Assembly (NCBI GenBank): GCA_963848425.1 | Contig: CAWKDO010000006.1 | Location: forward strand, 345,362-409,361 | Source of the DNA: an uncultured delta proteobacterium | GTDB taxonomy: Bacteria > Desulfobacterota > Desulfuromonadia > Desulfuromonadales > JACZKF01 | DNA length: 64,000 nt | Direction of reading: 5' to 3' | Part shown: one piece after another, positions 57,626 through 64,000 of the stretch | Layout of the letters: every line of letters starts with the position of its first letter | Position numbering within the stretch: the first letter of the stretch is position 1 | Position numbers and translations under genes: made by a program | Notes under the pieces: model-generated | Told to the model about the DNA's origin: nothing | What the model saw: only the letters and a program-made list of their open reading frames with translations | The model's database searches: none

Positions 57626-58642
57626 TCAAGCGCCGACGCGGATCTCCCAACATTCATCAGCAAGACGCTCCGTCGTGATGGCGACCGGGAGAAAACGCTG
57701 GATCGCTTCGATATTGGTGGTCACGTGCAGGGAGGGTTTGAGGGTGCGAAAGGCACCGCCGCCAGCCAGGGCGAGGGGGAGCAGCAGCTGATCGGCGAGA
57801 TGGCGCCCCACCGGCACGCCCGCCTCCAAGTATTCCCGCACTTCCCGCACCGCCTGCAAGGCAACCTGCTCGGCCGGCACCCCGCGTTCGCCGAAACCGG
57901 TAAAGACCTCGGTTACATGCTCGCTCCCAACCTCGATGACGAGGACGTTCCCCGGCCCGGGCGAGCTGGCGATCTCCTCTATCCGCAGACCGTCGGACCA
58001 ACCGAGTTCCGCCTCGACCATCCGTAATTCCCGTTCGCCGATATGCCGGGGAAGGCGCGCCAGCAGCGCCGTGGCCCGCCGCTCAACGAGCGCGCCGCGC
58101 TCCGGCAAATCGAGGCGGGACAGCCGCGGCGCCGGTTCGATCCGCACCCGGATCTTGCCGCCGCCGGCCGGATAAAAGCCCGGCTGTTCGAGGGTAGCGA
58201 TGACCTTCGGCCCCATGCGCTGCAGCAGCGGCAGGAAGGCGCGGGCGAGAAATTCGAAGGGGGGCGCCGTAGTATTGTGCGTCCCCCCTTCGAGAACCAG
58301 TTCCGATGGACCATTGGCCGTAAGAAGTGGCAGCAGCAGCGTCTGCAACACCAAAGTGCAGCTGCCGGCGGTACCGATAGCAAAATGATAGCTGCCCGCT
58401 CGCACCGGACCGGGAACGAAGGTGAGCTCGCGCGAGCCAAGATTATGGCCGGAAATCTCCGCACCGCCGATCGCCGCCGCCGCTTCCACGGCGGTCAGAT
58501 GCTGGCGCAGCAGCCCCGGCTTAGGGCGGCCGGCGCGGATCTTTTCGATGCGGAAGGGCTGGCCGGTGCACAAAGAAAGGGAGAGGGCGGTGCGCAAAAC
58601 CTGCCCGCCGCCCTCTCCCCGGGAACCGTCGATGATCAGCAT
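57626..58642 (-). CDS. rtcA: RNA 3'-terminal phosphate cyclase
   Basis: 338 aa from MLIIDGSRGEGGGQVLRTALSLSL, with RtcA signatures including the adenylation His region. Confidence 0.85.
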   Translation of the reverse strand: MLIIDGSRGEGGGQVLRTALSLSLCTGQPFRIEKIRAGRPKPGLLRQHLTAVEAAAAIGGAEISGHNLGSRELTFVPGPVRAGSYHFAIGTAGSCTLVLQTLLLPLLTANGPSELVLEGGTHNTTAPPFEFLARAFLPLLQRMGPKVIATLEQPGFYPAGGGKIRVRIEPAPRLSRLDLPERGALVERRATALLARLPRHIGERELRMVEAELGWSDGLRIEEIASSPGPGNVLVIEVGSEHVTEVFTGFGERGVPAEQVALQAVREVREYLEAGVPVGRHLADQLLLPLALAGGGAFRTLKPSLHVTTNIEAIQRFLPVAITTERLADECWEIRVGA

Positions 58643-58660
58643 ATTTTTCTCGCTCCTGCA

Positions 58661-58778
58661 GGCTGAGCAAAAATGCCCAGATGCAAGGCGCCGAAAGCCT
58701 GAGGACTGAGGCGTACACCGGTACGCCTCAGGGACGAAGGGTGAGAGCAACGCCGCAGACGGATGTTTTTCATCAGCC
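58661..58778. repeat. Copy 2 of the 120 bp palindromic intergenic element
   Basis: 5' GGCTGAGCAAAAATGCCCAG ... CGGATGTTTTTCATCAGCC 3'. Internal 11-bp perfect hairpin CTGAGGCGTAC-ACCG-GTACGCCTCAG. Lies 19 bp upstream of the rtcA start codon. Confidence 0.5.
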
Positions 58779-58780
58779 TG

Positions 58781-58969
58781 CTAGACGCCAGTGAACAGGG
58801 GCGTACAGATATCCTCAGCTTTGTCGCTTCTTTCCTTTCCCGACGCCGGATCGACGTTCAGTTTCGCGCGCGCTTCGGCGCCGCAGCTGCTGACCTTCAG
58901 CGAACAGAGATGTTCGGGATGCCGAAGCAAATCGTTTTTTTTGTTGACGACTTTGAGATCCTTTTCCAT
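58781..58969 (-). CDS. Small ORF (62 aa) with strong RBS immediately upstream of the repeat element and rtcA
   Basis: GGAGG 5 nt before ATG (MEKDLKVVNKKNDLLRHPEHL...). No family recognized. Confidence 0.3.
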   Translation of the reverse strand: MEKDLKVVNKKNDLLRHPEHLCSLKVSSCGAEARAKLNVDPASGKERSDKAEDICTPLFTGV

Positions 58970-59146
58970 ACGACCTCCGTAGCAATGTTCCTATAAATTA
59001 TTATAGCACTATCGGCCAATGGCCCGCTCATCCCACCCACCTTGTTGCCTCTCCCCGGCAAGCGTAAAATCGTAAGCAAGACCCTTTGCCTGCCTTGGGC
59101 GGCCACGGGGGGCATCTGATACAACAGATTGCGGAAAGCTGACCGC

Positions 59147-60064
59147 ATGCACGACTTCGAACCCGCTTACCTGCAACTGCACCGCAGCGGCGAACTGGCC
59201 GAACGCGCCCGCCAGGCCCGCGAGCACCTGCGCCATTGCGATCTGTGCGCCCGCGGCTGCCACGTCAACCGCCTTCTCTCCACCCGCGGCGCCGCCTGCC
59301 GCACCGGCGAACGGGCGGTCGTCTGCAGCGCCGGCGCGCACCATGGTGAGGAGCGCCCCCTCTCCGGCCGACGCGGCTCGGGAACGATCTTCTTCTCCTG
59401 GCGCAATCTCGCCTGCGTCTTCTGCCAGAACTGGCAGATCAGCCGGCGCGGCGAAGGGGAGGAAGTGAGCGACGAGGAGTTGGCCGCGATCATTCTGCGC
59501 CTGCAGGCGGACGGCTGTCATAACATCAATTTCGTCAGCCCGAGCCATGTCGTCGCGCCTATTCTGGCGGCTGTGGCGATTGCTGCCGACCAAGGGCTGC
59601 GCCTGCCGCTGGTCTGGAACAGCGGCGGCTACGACAGCCCCGAAGCGCTGGCGCTCCTCGACGGGGTGATCGACCTCTACATGCCGGACATGAAATTCGC
59701 CAACTCGCAGGTCGCCCGCACCTATCTGGGCGTCAGTGACTACGCCGAGGTCAATCAGGCGGCGGTGCGCGAGATGCACCGTCAGGTGGGGGATCTGGTC
59801 CTCGATCGCCAAGGGATTGCCCGGCGCGGTCTGCTGGTGCGCCATCTGGTGCTGCCGGAAAATCTCGCCGGCACCGACCGCATCCTCGCTTTTCTTGCCG
59901 GCGAAATCTCCCCCGCGACCTACGTCAACCTGATGGATCAGTACCACCCGTGCTACCGCGCCGACGAGTACCCGCCCCTCGACCGCCGTCCCACTCCGGC
60001 GGAGCTGGCCGCCGCCCGCGCCCTGGCCAAGGCGGCGGGGCTGACGCGCCTGGATACCGGCTGA
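59147..60064 (+). CDS. PflX-like radical SAM protein (pyruvate formate-lyase activase homolog, COG1313 type)
   Basis: Conserved blocks CRTGERAVV, GSGTIFFS, CVFCQNWQIS, GCHNINFVSPSHV and RHLVLPENLAGT. The first Cys of the canonical CxxxCxxC is replaced in the reading (SWRNLACVFC). Confidence 0.7.
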   Translation: MHDFEPAYLQLHRSGELAERARQAREHLRHCDLCARGCHVNRLLSTRGAACRTGERAVVCSAGAHHGEERPLSGRRGSGTIFFSWRNLACVFCQNWQISRRGEGEEVSDEELAAIILRLQADGCHNINFVSPSHVVAPILAAVAIAADQGLRLPLVWNSGGYDSPEALALLDGVIDLYMPDMKFANSQVARTYLGVSDYAEVNQAAVREMHRQVGDLVLDRQGIARRGLLVRHLVLPENLAGTDRILAFLAGEISPATYVNLMDQYHPCYRADEYPPLDRRPTPAELAAARALAKAAGLTRLDTG

Positions 60065-60070
60065 TCCTGC

Positions 60071-60547
60071 ATGTTCACCCCCCTGCATGTAAAAAGCGAT
60101 TATTCCCTCGGCTACGGCACCGCGGCGGTCGATGAACTGGTCGCCGGAGCGGCGGCGCTCGGCTACCGGACGCTCGCTCTCACGGCGGCATCGGAGCGCA
60201 CCCGATGGCCCTGCGGCCGGAGGCACAGCGCTACGCCTGTCGATCGATCTTTGAGACGGTCGCGGCCGGCCGGCACGAAGCTGTGTCTCGTCGTCATCGT
60301 CGCCGCCATGCGCCGGGTGCCGACCCGGCAGGGACCGATGCAGTTTCTCACCGTCGAAGACGAAACCGGGCTGCTCGAAGCGGCGGTCCTTCCGCCGGCC
60401 TACCGCCGCCTCGGCGAGCGGATTTCCACCCCCGGTCCGTTCCTGATCGAAGGCCGCCTGCGCCGGCAGCAGGACGCCGCGCACCTCGATGTCAGCGACA
60501 TCACCCCCTTCCATGAGCGGGAACAGCCTTACGGGTTAAAGGTTTGA
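60071..60547 (+). pseudogene. dnaE2: Internally deleted remnant of error-prone DNA polymerase III alpha (DnaE2/ImuC)
   Basis: N-terminal 40 aa MFTPLHVKSDYSLGYGTAAVDELVAGAAALGYRTLALT equals the PHP-domain start of DnaE2. The last 75 aa PMQFLTVEDETGLLEAAVLPPAYRRLGERI...IEGRL equal the C-terminal OB-fold of DnaE2. The intervening 900 aa are absent. Confidence 0.6.
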
Positions 60548-60846
60548 CACTGAAGCTTCGCTCAAGGGTTACTGGGTGAGATTCGAAGCGCATAAAATTG
60601 AACCCACAGCCGGTCGCCCCGCATGGGATTGCCTATTCCCTCACCCTGCATGACCGGAACAACACACGGGTCATCGGATTCGATAATGCCCACGGATGCC
60701 CGCCGCCCCGGCGCAAGAGGACGCCGCATCGCTTGGGATCATCGACACCAGCACACTCTGGTCGTCCCGTATGAATACGAATCGGCCGCTCGGTTGCTGG
60801 AAGATTTCTGGCTGGAAGTGGAGCGCATCACGCAAGGAGGCGCATC

Positions 60847-61235
60847 ATGACACGAGACAGCATCAAGATCGGGATCATGTCCCGCGAAGAGTTCAAGCGC
60901 CGGACCTCGCCATTGCCAGAGGCGACTGCCGTCCGGGGAAGGACGAGCCGAAAATCTGGTTTGAATCGCTGCAGTCGTTTGCCCAGGTGCTCAACGATGA
61001 CAACTGATTGTTGCTGCACATTATCGATGAGCAAAAACCGAAATCGATCCGCGAGTTGGAAGAGTTGCCCGGCCGCAAGAAGAGCAACCTGTCGCGGACG
61101 CTGCGCACCCTGGCCGATTATGGCATTGTCGAGCTGATTCGGCAGCCGAGCCGCGAATTGACCCCACGGATGAATGCAACCCGCTTCCGTCTCGAACTCG
61201 GTCTGCCGCAGGTATGCGCGCATTGCGCGGGGTAG
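60847..61235 (+). CDS. Hypothetical winged-HTH DNA-binding protein, apparently frameshifted
   Basis: MTRDSIKIGIMSREEFKRRT... continues in other frames as ...KDEPKIWFESLQSFAQVLNDDN and LLHIIDEQKPKSIRELEELPGRKKSNLSRTLRTLADYGIVELIRQ. Possibly an antitoxin-type regulator. Confidence 0.3.
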
Positions 61236-61350
61236 CGGAGGATTGGGGGAACGTTATTGTTAATGGACAAATAAACAACGTCCCTCGAATTCCCTTTTCC
61301 TGTGGCCATACCCTTGGTGTTATAAACGTCCCGCTCAGCCCATTCCACGA

Positions 61351-61695
61351 TTACAGCCGCGCCTGCTCTAGAATTTCGGCCAAATGCTCATCACGGAGGT
61401 TCCTGTAGAAGGAATCCCGGGTCACGTTTAGGTGCAGAACCAATCCCTTTATGCTGGGGATCGTGTCGGTTGTTTTGCACCAATCGAAATACTTATTAAT
61501 CGCGTTCCGCAGTCTGGCAGGGGTGAACTTCTTGCGGCCCTTCTTGCGTAAGGAAGTGGCCCTAAGGATTTCGTTGCTAACCCTGCCTATCGGGGTGGTA
61601 ACGGCTTGATTTTGTTCTTTCAGCCTCTGCCGACGAGCGTTATACACCTGTATGTTAGCGGTCACAGCAGCGATCTTCTTCGTGGTATTTGCCAT
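61351..61695 (-). CDS. Phage terminase small subunit-like protein
   Basis: Motif FTPARLRNAINKYFDWCKTTDTIPSIKGLVLHLNVTRDSFY resembles the conserved YF..C...PT..GLAL.LG.SR.T.Y block of Terminase_2 small subunits. Lies at the boundary of a low-GC segment. Confidence 0.4.
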   Translation of the reverse strand: MANTTKKIAAVTANIQVYNARRQRLKEQNQAVTTPIGRVSNEILRATSLRKKGRKKFTPARLRNAINKYFDWCKTTDTIPSIKGLVLHLNVTRDSFYRNLRDEHLAEILEQARL

Positions 61696-62113
61696 AACCT
61701 ACCTCCGTTGTCTGAAGGAAGTCTGGAAGAAATCCCTTTTATGTAAAGCAAATACGTCTTTTGGCGACTTAAAAAATCTTGTGACAACAAAAAATTAAAA
61801 GTACAATGATTGGAATATCACCCCTCAAAATGTCGCCTTTTTTAAGTTCTCGACCGTTCATACCTACCAAAATTGAAGAACCACGCCCACAAAGGTAAAT
61901 ATTACAAATGGAATTTAGCTTAGATGGCCGAACAGATATTCCAGGCAGACGTTTATGAGATCCGCCAAGCGGTAGTGTAAGGTGATAACTATCTCTGTAC
62001 ACTCTGTATGTACAGTCATGGCAAATAATAAGTAATTTAAAAGTTATTTGCTTGTCGGTAGGTGTAGATTGTATTAATTATGCCAATTTGCAGCATTGTT
62101 TGCCGGAGGTAAT

Positions 62114-64000
62114 GTGGAGTACAGAAGAGAGATTGACGGATTGCGGGCTATTGCCGTTTTGCCAGTAATACTATTTCATGCCGGCTTTAGTGCGTGTAGT
62201 GGTGGGTTTGTTGGCGTTGATATTTTCTTCGTTATAAGTGGTTATCTAATAACAACAATCATTCTCTCTGATATGGAGAAAGGTAAGTTTTCAATAATTA
62301 CCTTTTACGAAAGAAGGGCACGTCGTATACTCCCATCTTTATTCTTTATTATTTTTTGCTGCTTTCTGTTCGCATGGTTTTGGCTTACACCATTTCACAT
62401 GAAAAAGTTTTCTCAAAGCATCGTTGCTGTTTCTGCATTTTCGTCAAATATCCTTTTCTGGTTGCGAACTGGTTATTTTGATGGTGAGTCTGAGTTGATT
62501 CCATTGTTGCATACATGGAGTTTGGCGGTTGAAGAGCAATTTTATCTGCTTTTTCCTGTTTTTCTTTATGTATTGTGGTCCTTTCGAAGAAAACTGATCT
62601 TAAGTTCTCTTGTTTTTATTGCGATAGCTAGCCTTATTTTTGCCCAATGGGGTGCCTACAATCAACCTACAGCGAATTTTTATCTATTGCCTGCACGAGT
62701 TTGGGAGTTAGCCATAGGGGCTATCATTTCTTTTTATTTTTTCTACAAGAAAGAACATTGCAATTTCATAAATACTCATAAAGGGATTAGTGAAGTATTT
62801 GGTTTTATAGGAATTATGATGATAGTTTTTTCTATTATTTTTTTAAATGAAGCAACTCCCTTTCCAAGTCTTTATGCCCTTATACCAACAATCGGGACAG
62901 GTTTGATAATCTCATTTTCTAATCAAAAAACCATTATTGGTCGTTTTCTCGGTACTAAGATTCTAGTGGGTATTGGGATGATTAGTTATAGTGTCTATTT
63001 ATGGCATCAGCCAATTTTTGCTTTTGCTAGACATACAAGTTTACATGAACCAAATATGTATCGCCTATCATGTCTATCAGCACTTTCCATAGCCTTAGGT
63101 TATTTAACATGGAGATACGTGGAAAATCCTTTCCGTAGTAAAGATTTTATCAATAGGAGAAAAATATTTTATTTTACTTTAACTGCCACTTTATTGTTTT
63201 TCTCTGTCGGTATGTTTGGTCACAAAACTTTTGGTTTTCAAATGAGAGAAGCAGCTTCATCATTGCCAAGAGATTATTTTCTTAAAGCTATTAATTCTCC
63301 ATCAAACTTTGGCACGAATGGCGATAGATGTGTTTCAGATGAAAAAGCAAATATCTGTCATTTTTATGATGCAAAATCAGAACAAAATTTTTTGCTTGTC
63401 GGAGATTCCCATAGTGCTGATTACTCTTCAGCGTTTAATTCTTTTGTAAGAAGCAACAAAGCCAATGGATGGCAAATGTCGCTTGCTTCATGTAGCTTTA
63501 CCGAGACTCGAGAAAAGATATATGGAGGAGAATGCTATAAAGCAATAGGTTTATTAAAAGAAAGTATAGATATATACAATTTTCAAAAGGTTTTTCTTGT
63601 AGTTACTTTTATTGATCGTACAATGCAGTCGAATCAATTAGACAGGCAGAGAGATATTGATTCATTTGTTAGCTTAATAGACTATATAAGAAAAAATGTA
63701 CAAGAAGTTATAATCTTTGTTCCAAGATACACCCTGGCTGCTGGAAATCCTCAGCAATACGCAGCCACTGGCAATATCGACAGCATAAAAGTCATAGAAA
63801 AAGTTGATAAAAATGAAGATGATTGGAGTAGTGCCTTGCTCAATATAGCAACGTTTGAAAATGTTATTTTATTTAATGAAAGGAAGGAGATGTTATTATT
63901 AGGTTGTGGAAATGTAGAGTGCTTTGATGGTCATACAAAAGAAAAATATCCTTTTTATATCGACTCAAACCATCTAACTGAATATGGCGCTAACTTATTG
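62114..64000 (+). CDS. OafA/YrhL-type O-acyltransferase (acyltransferase_3 membrane domain plus SGNH domain), 3' partial
   Basis: GTG start with GGAGG RBS. Sequence DGLRAIAVLPVILFHAG, HTWSLAVEEQFYLLFP, about 10 TM helices, then an SGNH-like domain (LLVGDSHSADY). About 33% GC. The ORF runs off the window end. Confidence 0.8.
   Translation, partial: MEYRREIDGLRAIAVLPVILFHAGFSACSGGFVGVDIFFVISGYLITTIILSDMEKGKFSIITFYERRARRILPSLFFIIFCCFLFAWFWLTPFHMKKFSQSIVAVSAFSSNILFWLRTGYFDGESELIPLLHTWSLAVEEQFYLLFPVFLYVLWSFRRKLILSSLVFIAIASLIFAQWGAYNQPTANFYLLPARVWELAIGAIISFYFFYKKEHCNFINTHKGISEVFGFIGIMMIVFSIIFLNEATPFPSLYALIPTIGTGLIISFSNQKTIIGRFLGTKILVGIGMISYSVYLWHQPIFAFARHTSLHEPNMYRLSCLSALSIALGYLTWRYVENPFRSKDFINRRKIFYFTLTATLLFFSVGMFGHKTFGFQMREAASSLPRDYFLKAINSPSNFGTNGDRCVSDEKANICHFYDAKSEQNFLLVGDSHSADYSSAFNSFVRSNKANGWQMSLASCSFTETREKIYGGECYKAIGLLKESIDIYNFQKVFLVVTFIDRTMQSNQLDRQRDIDSFVSLIDYIRKNVQEVIIFVPRYTLAAGNPQQYAATGNIDSIKVIEKVDKNEDDWSSALLNIATFENVILFNERKEMLLLGCGNVECFDGHTKEKYPFYIDSNHLTEYGANLL

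Noticed and set aside
58640-58800. Possible sigma-54 (-24/-12) promoter inside the repeated element upstream of rtcA (TGGGCATTTTTGCT) and of the bEBP
   Set aside because: GG to GC spacing is 8-9 nt instead of the strict 10 nt. No TTGCA at the correct distance.

Overview
This 64 kb window looks like chromosomal DNA from a high-GC (about 60-65%) deltaproteobacterium of the Desulfuromonadales type (Geobacter, Desulfuromonas or Pelobacter-like). Content that points this way: sigma-54 enhancer-binding proteins, PilT, DUF4388, an Mvh-type [NiFe] hydrogenase, FHA/PP2C/Hanks-kinase signalling genes, and the RtcB/archease/RtcA RNA-repair set.

Most genes are housekeeping. On the minus strand: lspA-ileS, rtcB-archease, pckG, pepN, a GAF-GGDEF cyclase, an M48 peptidase, pabBC, miaA, clpB, pstSCAB-phoU with a sigma-54 regulator, degP, pilT, guaC, mtgA, and flotillin with nfeD. 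On the plus strand: capA, and a hydrogenase operon with maturation protease.

Many long GC-rich genes (ileS, pckG, pepN, clpB, pstA/B/C, GGDEF, capA, the HdrA-like gene and the hydrogenase large subunit) are split across two to four reading frames. This pattern points to indel errors in the assembly rather than true pseudogenes.

The regions most worth a second look are:
- A roughly 3.6 kb low-GC islet (20.1-23.8 kb) between miaA and clpB. It carries a Fic-family protein and an uncharacterized two-gene cassette: a phage Gp37/Gp68 (DUF5131) three-Cys protein plus a three-Cys-motif partner protein (TcmP)-like protein.
- A Hanks-type Ser/Thr kinase gene sitting inside the [NiFe] hydrogenase operon, flanked by an FHA-adenylate cyclase, a PP2C phosphatase and an FHA protein.
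- A roughly 120 bp palindromic element with terminal inverted repeats, present twice (29.1 kb and 58.7 kb), each time just 5' of a minus-strand gene.
- A low-GC terminal segment (after about 61.2 kb) with a terminase small-subunit-like gene and an OafA-type O-acyltransferase, suggestive of a prophage or serotype-conversion remnant.
- An internally deleted dnaE2/imuC remnant next to a PflX-like radical SAM gene.

No rRNA, tRNA or CRISPR array was recognized.
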